Origin: Nitrospirales bacterium
GTDB taxonomy: Bacteria > Nitrospirota > Nitrospiria > Nitrospirales > UBA8639
Length of the DNA: 64,000 nt
Assembly (NCBI GenBank): GCA_965203295.1
Contig: CBDBCZ010000014.1
Span: 544,001-608,000, forward strand
Reading direction: 5' to 3'
This document shows positions 27,041-38,483 of this stretch, piece after piece. How positions within the stretch are numbered: position 1 is the first letter of the stretch; every line of letters begins with the position of its first letter. A program made the position numbers and the translations under genes. The notes beneath the pieces were generated by a model. That model was not told where the DNA came from. It saw only the letters and a program-made list of their open reading frames with translations, and made no database searches.

Positions 27041-27489
27041 GTCTCCCAGGGCCACCGTACCAATTGCTTAACCCCCCCGCCGCCTACGCGCCGCGGGGTA
27101 ATTACATGGCCTCTTTGACTAACCTTTCAGAGAGCAAGACACTGCATGAGATAGTGCACCGAGCAGCTGGATAAGAAATGCACACAACAGCCAATAGAGC
27201 ACCATGCACCCATTTGATTGTGAAGTGCATTAAAAACTGCCGAATTGATAGCCTTGCACACATATTGTAGCCATATGTACTTTCTTGTCGTTTATAATAC
27301 TAAGAGTCCACATGAACAGAGAGCAGATTAACTGAAGCCAAGAGTTTTCAGGACAAACTACATGTATATAAAGCTAGCATATACCTGTACATGTAGCAAA
27401 AGTGACATACTGTTCATGCAAGTATAATGGCTGCCAAGTGGAGGCAGTGTACACTACAGCATTCCCAAGTCATTACATTGTGCTATTCA

Positions 27490-28366
27490 TACATGTACTC
27501 AGTCTTTTATTACTCCGCTCCTGGAAGCCATGCTGTATTTACTGTATTGACTGACAGATTCTTAGCAAATTCAATCCCCAAGTAACAATAACTTACAACC
27601 TCTGGAATGTCTTTTTCTCCCCACTTCCATGTACATGCACCTGTATTAACCTAACCTATTTAGAAAATACCATAACAGCACTCTTTTTATGTTAGATTTA
27701 AACCTCCATTTATTACAAAACCCCTGCACTACATTTTTCAAGGTTTGTAAGTCCTCAGCATTAGTAGTTAAGCCTACAAAATCATCAGCAAACATAAGAC
27801 CCCCAACCTTAACATCCTTCTTAACAGTAATGCCAATCCCAGCCTTTTACAACCTCATCTATAACAACTGATTAATGAAAATGAAAGAGGATAGGCATAA
27901 TTATCCCTGTGCCACCCCTGACCTATATTGAATTGCTCAGATATTTCTCCCTCCAGTAAAACAGCACTCTGTGTGATGTCATACATATTCTTAATAACTC
28001 TCCACATCCTACCCCTAACCCCAAGTTCCCATAACTTAAACCATAACCATCATGCCAAGCTGTGTCAAATGCTTTCTGAACATCAAAGAAAAAAGCATAA
28101 GTGTGCTTTTCTCCCCCTCATTCTACCTTGTACAATTTCATTTAGAGTAAAGATGTTATCAACACATCTCCTTTAATTAATTAACTCTCTAAATCCTGCC
28201 TGACCCTCATGAAGAGCCCTTTCTGCTTCTAATCTGCTTACTAAGTGATTATTTAGAATCTTGCAAAACAGCTTTCCTACCACATTCAATAGTGTAATGC
28301 CTCACCCGGGTCCTCAGCATCACCTTCTTACAACCTAACAATCAACCCTTGTCTCCATTGTTTAGG
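27490..28366 (-). pseudogene. Non-LTR retrotransposon reverse transcriptase remnant
   Basis: HEGQAGFR, DNIFTL, DVQKAFDTAWHDGLW, GVAQG, LMFADDFV, YLGIEF motifs with stops and frameshifts. Confidence 0.9.
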
Positions 28367-31300
28367 AATTAATTGTACACATTACTTTTCTTGTGATGGC
28401 AAAATGTTACTTCAGAGATTGCAGGCAAGAAACCATAGTTAGTACTCTACAATCTATGACAAAACATAGGACGTGGGGGAAATTAGTCACATGCACAGAA
28501 CACAAATTCGATATGTAACCGTGGAATGTACCATCTAAAAAGCACAGTAGTAACTGTGCCTCATATTGACAAGAAAGATTATAGACGACTGCCAACATTA
28601 AGGAGAAGCATCTAGAAGAGGAGTATATCGTTATAAGGCTAAACAAACTTCTATCACAGCCTCTAGCTGCCAGGGAGAATGGAGAGGTACCAAATTTCCA
28701 ATTTCATTTTCAACTCTAATTAATCGTACACATTACTGTTCTTGTGTTTGCCTTTAGTGATTGCTGAAATGAAACATAGGTGGGAGATAATTAGTCACAC
28801 AGAACACAACTTCAATAAGCTAAATTAGAGCTGGGATGTGTTTGGAAAGCAGTCAATTATTTTTTCTCCCTGGTAGCTAGAGAGTGTGGCTCTTAGCATC
28901 TTCAAAATGCAAGGACTGATTTCCTATTAGTTGTGCAAAGGAATATCCTTACTTCAATTCTTCAAATACAATATTTCACGGAGTGGGCTCTTAGTGGTAC
29001 GAATCCTTACACGGTTCTTTCTAGAGTTGCTTGCTGATGTTGTATACTGTATTAATTTACTAGTTGTTTACCACCTATTGTTTGTACCGAATATCTCTAG
29101 CAGATCATTGTGAGAACATATGAAAAGTAATAGATGTAGGGCGGGGATGAAATTAGGAAGCAGTAGCTGCTCCAATTCTCTCTGGTAGAGAGAGGTTGTG
29201 GCTTTTGGTGTCCACCCTTCTTCAGGTATTGAAGTGCTATCTCAAAGTGGGCTGTCAGGGGTAGTGTTCCTGACTTGGTTCCTTACACGGTTCCATCTAG
29301 AGCAGCGTATTACGATTTTGTACTGCATATAATTTGGTTTGTTTTCACATTTATCCTGTCTTCTTTCCCTAAAGAATCATTGTGTTCACATGTGGAGAGT
29401 AAAGTATGCACTTACCAGAGTAGGCAATTATTTGGGAAGCACTAACTGCTCCAATTCTCTCTGCTAGGAATACACTGATCTCAAAGTTGGCTATCAGTAC
29501 AAGACACGGTTCCTTATTAGACGTTTCTTAAACGGTTGATTATTAATGGCTCATTCCACTTTGCTTATTGAGGTTGTGTTCTGTGTGGCTAATTATCTCC
29601 CACCTATGTTTCATTTTAGCAATCACTAATGGCAAACACAAGAAAGGTAATGTGTACAATTAATTAGAGTTGGAAATGAAATTGGGAATTTAGTTCCTCT
29701 CCATTCTCCTAGGTAGCTAGAGGCTGTAATGAAAGTTTGTTTAGCCTTATAACGATCTACTCCTCCTCAAGATGCTTCTCGTTAAAGAGTATGCTTCTTA
29801 AAGGACGGAAAGCTGGAACAATTCCCGCCCCAGACGATCCGAGCAGGAACGCCCATCGGAAGTGAGAATGTGGGCGTTTACTGTTCATGCTGGCTGCCAG
29901 ACAATGGAGAAGAACGCATGTGCAGCAAGTGTGGGAAATGGTTTCACGAATCCTGTGCAAAAATACCAGAAGCTGTATTTAAGCAGTAATGGTTTTGCAC
30001 ACCCGTCATGCGTACCAGCACTGTAACATAAGTTTTCTGTATACAACATGTACACTTTATTCATGCACATCGCATTATGAGTCAACAGTCAGCAAAACAT
30101 GAAGAGTAGAGACTTCCTGAGCGCTGGATAACCCAGCAGGCTACTATACTAGTATGGAGTCTCGAATTTGGCAGCCAGTACCCTGCGCTTACATTAGTCT
30201 TTCCCAGCCCGCAAGGAAAGCGGGGGTAAGCCCTGATTGTGGCCTGGGAACGTTTGAACATAGATCAAAATCCACGAGACTATGCCATGTACGCTGAGTG
30301 CTGGGAAGGTGCAAAGCTAGCGTGCGATAATATTTCCTAGGCGCTACCGTAATTCCTAGTAAATTGAATCGCTCGGCGATAGTATTTCCTAGTAAATTCT
30401 GTCGCCGCGATCGAATTTCCGAGCGATCAAATTTACTGTGACAACGGTTCCTTACTTTGATCCTTAGACGTTCCTTCAACGGTTGCTTATTGATGGTTCA
30501 TTCCACTTTGCTTATTGAAGTTGTGTTCTGTGTGACTAATTATCTCCCACCTATGTTTCATTTCAGCAATCACTAAAGGCAAACACAAGAACAGTAATGT
30601 GTACGATTAATTAGAGTTGAAAATGAAATTGGAAATTTGGTACCTCTCCATTCTCCCTGGCAGCTAGAGGCTGTGATAGAAGTTTGTTTAGCCTTATAAC
30701 GATATACTCCTCTTCTAGATGCTTCTCCTTAATGTTGGCAGTCGTCTATAATCTTTCTTGTCAATATGAGGCACAGTTACTACTGTGCTTTTTAGATGGT
30801 ACATTCCACGGTTACATATCGAATTTGTGTTCTGTGCATGTGACTAATTTCCCCCACGTCCTATGTTTTGTCATAGATTGTAGAGTACTAACTATGGTTT
30901 CTTGCCTGCAATCTCTGAAGTAACATTTTGCCATCACAAGAAAAGTAATGTGTACAATTAATTAGAGTGGAGAATGAAATTGCGAAGCTGGTACCTTTCC
31001 GCTCTCTCTGGTAGCTAGAAGCTGTGCTGTTGGTATCTTTGCAATAAAGAAACAGATTTCCAATTAGTTAGGAATACCTTGCCTGACTTTGTGTGATCTC
31101 AAAGTGGGCTGTCAGCGGTACGGTTCCTTACGGTTCCTTCTAAAGCAGCTTACTGCAATTGTTTACTGCATAACTTGCTTTTTTTACATTTGTCCTGTCT
31201 CCTTTCCCTAAAGAATCATTGTGTTAACATGAGGAGAGTAAAGCATGCACTTACCAGAGTAGGCAATTATTTGGGAAGCAGCAACTGCTCCAATTTTCTC

Positions 31301-32210
31301 TGCTAGGAATACACTGATCTCAAAGTTGGCTGTCAATATGAGGCACGGTTCCTTACTTTGCTCCGTAGATTATTCCTTCAAGTTCTGTGAGACTAATCAT
31401 CCCCCACCTGTTTCCTGCCTGCAATCTCTAAAGTTACATTGTGCGAACACACAAAAAAGTAATGTGTGTCATTAATTAGAGTGGGTATATTGAATTGGAA
31501 GCTGATTCCTCTCCATTCTCTCCGGTAGTTAGAGGCTGTGCTGTTGGTATCTTTGCAGTAAAGAGACAGATTCTCAATTAGTTTGTGTTATCACAAAGTG
31601 GGCTGTCAGGGGTGCGGTTCCTTACATGGTTCCTTCTAGAGAAGCTTACTGAGATTGTGTTATTTACTTTTCCTCACATTTTGTTCTGTTTGTTGTTCCA
31701 GTGCCTTTTAGATGGTTCATTCCACGACTTCTTGTGGAAGTTGTGTTAGGTGTAACAAAATTAGTTATCTTCCACTTATGTTTTCTGCTTGCAAACTTTG
31801 AAGTAACATTTTGCAAAAACAAGAAAAGTAACGTGTACAATTAATTAGAGTGGGGAATGGAATTGGGAAGCTGGTTCTTCTCCATTCTCTCTGGCAGATT
31901 CCTAATTAGCTAGGAATATCTTGCCTGACTTTGTGTGATCTCTAAGTAGACTGTCATGGGTACGGTTTTACTTATGCTGTTTTTTACACAGTTCCTTCTA
32001 GAGCAGCATATTACGATTGTGCACTGCATATAATTTGTTTATTCCCACATATCTGCTATCTCTAAAGAAGATTAATGTGTGCACTCTGTCAGAGTAGGCA
32101 ATTAATTGGAAGCAGTAACTTCCCCAATTCTCTCGGCTAGGAATACACTGATCTCAAAGTTGGCTGTCAATATGAGGCATAGTTACTTACATTGCTCCTT
32201 ATATATGGTT
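28367..32210. repeat. Complex degenerate satellite block (CTCTGGTAGCTAGAGGCTGTG / CTCAAAGTGGGCTGTCAG family)
   Basis: Motifs recur every ~200-300 bp; includes the 454-bp inverted pair 28367-28820/30510-30963 and a near-identical direct copy of 46804-47681. Confidence 0.85.
29790..30443 (+). mobile_element. 3' end of a Ginger-like DNA transposon with a PHD-finger remnant
   Basis: CFLKDGKLEQFP...VYCSCWLPDNGEERMCSKCGKWFHESCAKIPEAVFKQ*WFC; terminus ...TTTACTGTGACA (reverse complement TGTCACAG) with ATTTCCTAG subterminal repeats. Confidence 0.7.
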
Positions 32211-32538
32211 CATTCCAGCTGCGTGAGCTGGCGCGAAAAGCATGGACGCGCACGGCGCATATCGTAGCGTGCCCGCCCCCACATTTATTACTTCGTGGTT
32301 CCTTAGCTAGCTGTCGGTTCCTTGTCGCGTTCTCGATTCCTATAATACATGAAATGAGAGGTATGGCAGTAGACGCGAACAGGTCGAAGTCTCACTTATC
32401 ATTGCCGGGTCTTTGTTTTTGTTTGTTTTTTATTTTCTTTTGGGGGGCGGGGAAGTGAGTTTGACTAAAGCTGCAAACAAAGGTATTATTAGTATCTCTG
32501 CTGCAAACTACAGCAACCAGAGTCAAGGTACGTAGCAC

Positions 32539-32562
32539 CATAGATAACTTCTACTATCTATG
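32539..32562. mobile_element. 24-bp CATAG...CTATG mini-element with 7-bp TSD
   Basis: GTAGCAC|CATAGATAACTTCTACTATCTATG|GTAGCAC. Confidence 0.7.
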
Positions 32563-32672
32563 GTAGCACGTTAGTCTAGCTAGCTCCAACTTCTACCAAC
32601 TTTGGGATCGCTTACAGTATTGCAGTAAATTATAATCCATGAACTGCCTTGAAACCAGTGGCGCATCAGGGC

Positions 32673-32768
32673 TAGCCTCGTTCCCAGGCCCGCGACTTTT
32701 TCGGTTGCACGAAGGAAAGTCACATCTTTCGTGTAACCGAAAATGGCGCGGGCCTGGGAACGAGGCTA
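32673..32768. mobile_element. TAGCC...GGCTA hairpin MITE with 9-bp TSD
   Basis: TAGCCTCGTTCCCAGGCCCGCG...CGCGGGCCTGGGAACGAGGCTA flanked by CATCAGGGC twice. Confidence 0.9.
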
Positions 32769-34164
32769 CATCAGGGCCACTCCAGATCATCTGATTTTAA
32801 TTGTGTTATACAGCTAGGAGGAGCTGGGTTCTCACGTGCATGCTAAGCGTTTGTGTAGCGTCTCACGCTAGTACGGTCTTGCGTTGCTGCAGTGCATGCG
32901 ACTGCGAAGAGGTGTGGCTTTCTTGACTGACTGCACATGCTGCATATTTGGTGAGTGTAGTAGGGAAGCTTTAGGGTGTCCATAAGGAAAATTATCAGCA
33001 GCAACATCATCAGCAACTGTAAACCATTACAACTGAAACTTGTATGACTCAATAAATTATTCCACAATGGTTTATCCACCTAGAGCAAAATACCATGGAT
33101 AGCCAAAGACACTTAGTGTTAGGGGAGTACAAAGGTTGATGATCATTACAAAATGATTGGTTTGTTTGCCTGATTCACTCAGGGAGAAGTGCACTCGGGC
33201 AAACAATGCCTACTGACTTTAGAGCGATCTTGCTACTTTTGCTGTCCACATGTTGGTGTAGCCTTCACCTACAGATTCTATAATATCATAGAGACAATCC
33301 TAACTTTCTTTGTTTGCCAGACCTCTAGAATCCTGATTTGCCTATACTTGTAGCTGCAGCATTTAATTAGTGTACTGGAATGCTTAATCAGCCGTGAAAG
33401 ATACCAAATTGGGTTATAAAAATGGTATCTGAAACACTGTGGGAAGCTGATATGGCGTATGTACATGTACCAGTTTCCACAGCAAGAGGGAAACACCCAG
33501 CCCTGTACCATAGCTGCTCCAAACCTTCATTGGGCTTTTGCTGAACCAGGATTTGAACTCACGTCCCATATGCAGCTCTATGGCCAGTGTCTCCAGACAC
33601 TGCACTTACTGCTCCCAGCACCTGAAGGTGTTGGTGACCCTTGTATACCTTTAATACACTGCTAGCCTCTTTCCCAAGCCTGCCTGCAGAGATCTTTGTA
33701 CTTTACTTACGGCCACATGTTGCACACAAATTCATAGAGTGTGTCACTAAAGATGTTTGATGGAAGACTTGAATAGCATTCTGTTTATAACCTTCTGTGG
33801 GGCTTTATATTGTCACATTAAATAAAGATCTTAGTCCCACCATTTCTTCTACTGTCATTTTAGTACAGACTTGCAACAACTACATTTAATTTTTGGCACA
33901 ATTTGTTTATCAAAATGAGTGCAAAGCACCTTCTTATTCACATATATGTTGTGAAATAGGTGCTTGAACTTCTTTCATAATCCATTGAAGCAGCAGTTTA
34001 CATGTACTTGCAAGACAATGCAGCTACTAATCTAAACCTACCAGAAAGAAATACATCTAGTATACGTACATGTAGCTATAGGGAGTTAACTATATTCAGA
34101 GCAGCTTGTGCATGGTACGGTATAGCTAGTTTCTCTATATCAGAAATTGCTATTCCATCCTTAG

Positions 34165-37100
34165 ATGGAGGCTGTTTGCATTCGTCAGCGAGGAGCTGAA
34201 GACTTTGTAGCTTACTATGAAAGTCTGTGTGCCCTGGAGGACACGTGTCCTATAGCCAGTATCCGCAGTGGAGCCAAGGAAGGAGTGCTGAGTTGTCGGG
34301 TCTTCAAGGCTAAGAGAAACGACTGGCACCCACTTCTGACTGCTTTACAGATCAACAAGGCACTGCATACTGTTGTCTTCATAGACAAATGGGAGGAAAG
34401 ACTTTACCCAACTGTGAGAAGCCTTGGTATGTAATTAGACCCTTTGTCTATGGTACTGTAAATAGTGGTCAGTACACCAATACATGTAGTTAGACAGTAC
34501 CTCCATTAATCCAGTGACTTTTTACAAGTATATTATGCTAGCCTTCATGCAACCAAATGAAGTGAGGGCCTGGGAGCGAGGATAGATGTACATTTGCACA
34601 GGGCAGCTTTGTGTACAGCATAAGCAGAAAGCTTCCAGTTGATTGACTGCTGTGTAGGTATGTTTATAATAGATACTTTTTATCACACCATAGATAGTAG
34701 AGTAGAAGGATAGGAAGTCCTTCTACTCTACTATCTATGATCACACTAATTAAGCTTGTGCTTTGCAGTATATACATCACTGCATATACTGATATATAAC
34801 GGAATGACTTCATGATAGATCTATTCAAGGGGGATTGGCAGACAGGTATCCAGAGTGGCTTTTAAAAGATTGGAAGTCACATTTTAGTTGCTCTTCCTGT
34901 GTATGGTACCATGCCTTACAAAACAAGGACTAAAGCTGTCACTGAATTGAACTGGAGAGAAGCCTAAGAAGCCTATTTTTCTTGCTGTAATGAAGGAAGG
35001 AACTTCTTGCGTGTAGCTACGTAGTAATGAGATTGTATATACGTATATGTACTGATATACATCTCAGATACATTACTACGGTGGTAATAGGTCTATCCTG
35101 GTACGAGGCTACATTTATTTACTACACCTTTACTATTTCTGCAGCAACATTGCCTGCACAGACAAAGTGAAGCCTCCGATCATAAAAGCTCAAACTGGAA
35201 AAGATACCAGGTCTGCACAGAGCTACACTATAAATCTCAACGTTGACATTGGTGATAAAGGTGCACAGGAGTTTGCGGAAGCACTCAGAGATGATGTGTG
35301 CCTCAGAGGTATGTACGTACATGTGGGTTAGCTTCTTCCAACCTTCTCTATGGTTTCATCTGGATGTGGGGAGTCGTAGAATAATTATCATCTATTTAAT
35401 GTGGCAGTCCAAATAAAGAAGTCAAGCTCTTTGGGAAGCAGTGAGGTGGAAAAAAACATTTACGTACAGTGTGCACATTCATACATTGTAGATCCAATCA
35501 TATCTTATACAGTCACTTGTGTAATTTACGTACAGGATTGTAAATTCAATACAGTTATGCCTGTAATGATGGTACAATTACTTCTGTAACTCCCAGCCAT
35601 AGATCCAGTCCTGTGGTGTCACTACTGATGGGGCAGTCAGTCTTCTGGAAGTACTGAAAGTGAACACATGTCTCATAGTGCTTGACCTGAGAGCACCCCC
35701 CTTGATTGGTATGTAGAGGTGTGTGTGTGTGTGCTATATGTAGCTAGCTATAGCCTCATTCTCGTCTCCACTCCCCAGCTTTTTGCACATACGTAGTATG
35801 TAGTGTGTTGTACTACGTATATGCAAAGTAAGTTGAGACTAAGAGCAAGGCTTACGTAGCTGAATATCGTGAATTATTTGCAGAAATGCAAACATTTTGA
35901 TAACTTAGCTGTTTTCCACAGTGATGAATGTAATAAGCCATACATAATGTTCGTATTGTACCGGTTCCCAAAATGAATTGTACATTGTACAAAGTTTATA
36001 CTGATGTTCTTGTCTCTTTCACAAAGGAGCAGCAGCTTTCCCATATTCTACTATGATATTGCACCTGAGTGTGCAAGGCCACAGTTTTAAACTAGAACCA
36101 TGCAGGCCATTACACTATCTCGGTGTCTGAAACTGCAGCTTTAACTACTTTCTGGGGATTTTACTGCTGTGTTTAGTATCAATGTATTTTCAAAGCAGCT
36201 TTCAGTCTGCCTTTATTTCTGCTCAGATGATGATGTGGTAGACTCCATCTGTGAGCAACTGTCTGTTAATGTTGCAAGTGTGAGAGATAAAGATGAGGTT
36301 TGCAGTACATATACAACATATCGTTCTAGTGGCATGCTCATTGTAGTGCCATACACTTGTGTTAAATGGTACCTCTTGCAATAGCATGGATGTTGTCTTC
36401 ATGAAAGAATTGAAACAAGTGCTGAGAAGACCAACAACCTACAGCAAATGAAGCGTAAATCACATTGCACCACTTCCAATTCCTGTGAGGAAATTCCAAT
36501 TAGCATGTTTGGAAAACGATTTTTAAATTTTCTTTAAATAGTTTATGTTAATGTTATAGTGCAATAAGTGCAGAATCTATTGCAACAATACAATGAAACA
36601 AAATTGATAAAACAATACATAGTAACAATTCAATTGTCAAGTTCAGCTTGACAATTTAACTTAACGCTTTGATAATTTAACTTAACGCTTCATCAAATCT
36701 TTCACTGACTGCGGCAGCCGAACCAGCTTACCATCCTTCATGTTCAATTAGGAACGTAACTACAGCATCTACTAATGGGATATGTTCGGTCCTATTGACC
36801 TTTCTCCTCTGTAATATTTTGTGCAAGTGAAAAGAATAGCTTTAGGTGATCTGGCTAGCTCTATCAAAGGCCATTCTTACACCCCTGCTACACATTTATG
36901 TTCACATTATGTTTAATTTAAAAGCTCATCTACAGTAACTATTGATTGGATTTACATACATAATACATTATAGTACTCCACTGCAAGTATAGAACAATTA
37001 TCTAGTAAGTGCCTGGACTATTTCTTTTTCTCGCAGAGCTATGTGTGTCTTGAAGTTGAAGCCGAGCGCATTTTGCAAGTAGTGCAGGGTAGCAGATCAG

Positions 37101-37673
37101 CTCCTGGACTAAAGAAGCACAGAAGCCACACAGTGACTCCTCTTGGAGTGAGATATTCTCCACGCAAAAGAAGTGCTAAAAGTTGCAAAAGGTATGCACA
37201 TACATACGTATATGCATGTCTAAGGTAAAATGGGTGTGTATACATAACATCCACACTTGCATATTGCTGTACCACAACTGTTAAAAGTAAGATCTGCTAA
37301 ACTCCCAAGTCTCTGCTAAGTAACAGGTCAGGCCAAGAGCTAAAAAAATATAGCGAAAGTAACCTCATTTCCAGTCTCCACTTTTGTCAAGTATGTGTTG
37401 GTGTGAAGAAATTGAAGCTAGCAGTGGAGACTGGAATCACGAAGCTACAATTATCCGACTTGTTAGCAGCTGTAAGTTGCGAAACAGGATTATCGTAACT
37501 CGCCAGCCTACCAGTACATGTATTCCACTTGTTGGCTAAATACAGGCACATACAGCAAGCTAGCTTGTCCATTTTGTATTACTTAGAGAAAGATTGTGAA
37601 TCCTGCAGAACAATTACTGTTTTCCTATAGGAAGAACCCTCCAGCTCAGTCACAGTCAAGCCATCGGTTTAAG
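34165..37673 (+). pseudogene. CEP78: CEP78-like (centrosomal LRR protein) pseudogene, internally deleted
   Basis: Exon 34165-34426 MEAVCIRQRGAEDFVAYYESLCALEDTCP...DWHPLLTALQINK matches the CEP78 N-terminus; exons 35145-35308 (IGDKGAQEFAEALRDD), 35597-35708 (QSCGVTTDGA...LIVLDLR), 36227-36297, probably 37038-37191 and 37631-37673; stops and frameshifts. Confidence 0.85.
34689..34739. mobile_element. 51-bp perfect-hairpin CATAG...CTATG mini-element with 7-bp TSD
   Basis: 22-bp perfect stem, ATCACAC on both sides. Confidence 0.8.
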
Positions 37674-38409
37674 GTATGTATACTGAGTTGATTTTGTGCA
37701 CTACATATCATGCAGATAACGTGTTTGCCTATAATGTTATGATTAATCTATGGTATTTGCACAGTGCATTTCACCCAACTTATTGTAATAGTACCAGTTA
37801 TAGCCCATGCGATAAATTGTGGAACTCCACAGCAGTTCCTCTTCCTTGTCTGTAAAGGCATATCTGCATTCAATGAATGCTTAACTTTCCTTTTGAATTC
37901 TATTTCACTTTCCGTTGAAGGTGTTATGGGATCCAGCACCTTTTCTCTTTTGGAAAGTAGGACACGTTCCTGTGTAGTAATCAAGGAGTCAGGTTTTCCA
38001 CCATGCAAAGATATGCTAGTACATGTATTTGTCCAGGTTCACTTGGAGGTACGTACACAGGTAGAAGTCTTCTGGGCTGCTTCTCTGTTTTGACCAATGA
38101 TGATTCCATGTTGTTAGGATGGATTGGATCTAGTGATGATTTGGCCAGCCACTGTTAGTTCTATGGATGGCTTTAATGATCAGGACATCCTAGCGTGTAC
38201 AGTAATGAGTCAGCGGCTGAGTCAAGATGTGTCCATGATTAGTCCCTCTGTGTAATACTTGGGAATACTTTGATTATAGCACATCACAGTATGAGATAGC
38301 ACATAGTGTGCGATGCAATTAATGCTGCAGAAGGCAAACTGCAGCATACTACTTGCTATAATTATATTACTGTATCCTAAATTGATTAGCTTATTACACA
38401 TAAAAATCG

Positions 38410-38483
38410 GGACCCAGCTGGGGATTGAACCCAGGACCTTCTGAATACTAGTCAGATGCTCTTACCAATTGAGCTACTGGAGC
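38410..38483 (-). tRNA. tRNA-Thr(AGT)-like gene or pseudogene
   Basis: Cloverleaf GCTCCAG TA GCTC-AATTGGTAA-GAGC A TCTGA-CTAGTAT-TCAGA AGGTC CTGGG-TTCAATC-CCCAG CTGGGTC C; one acceptor-stem mismatch; downstream TTTTT. Confidence 0.6.

Larger units (their letters stand above)
18719..27059 (+). mobile_element. IS3EU-type DNA transposon, full length (8341 bp), with cargo genes
   Basis: TIR TACGGTGGCCCTGAGAGACACTCCGCGACG / CGTCGCGGAGTGTCTCCCAGGGCCACCGTA; perfect 6-bp TSD CCAATT (18713-18718, 27060-27065); internal IS3-like DDE transposase. Confidence 0.9.
18261..27102 (+). mobile_element. Short Helentron/HINE-like element (18261-18718 plus 27066-27102) interrupted by the IS3EU insertion
   Basis: 5' TACCCCGCGG / 3' CCGCGGGGTA sub-TIR pair, (GACG/GACA)n microsatellite at ~18682-18710, 3' TTAACCCC...GGGGTAA end. 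Confidence 0.55.
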
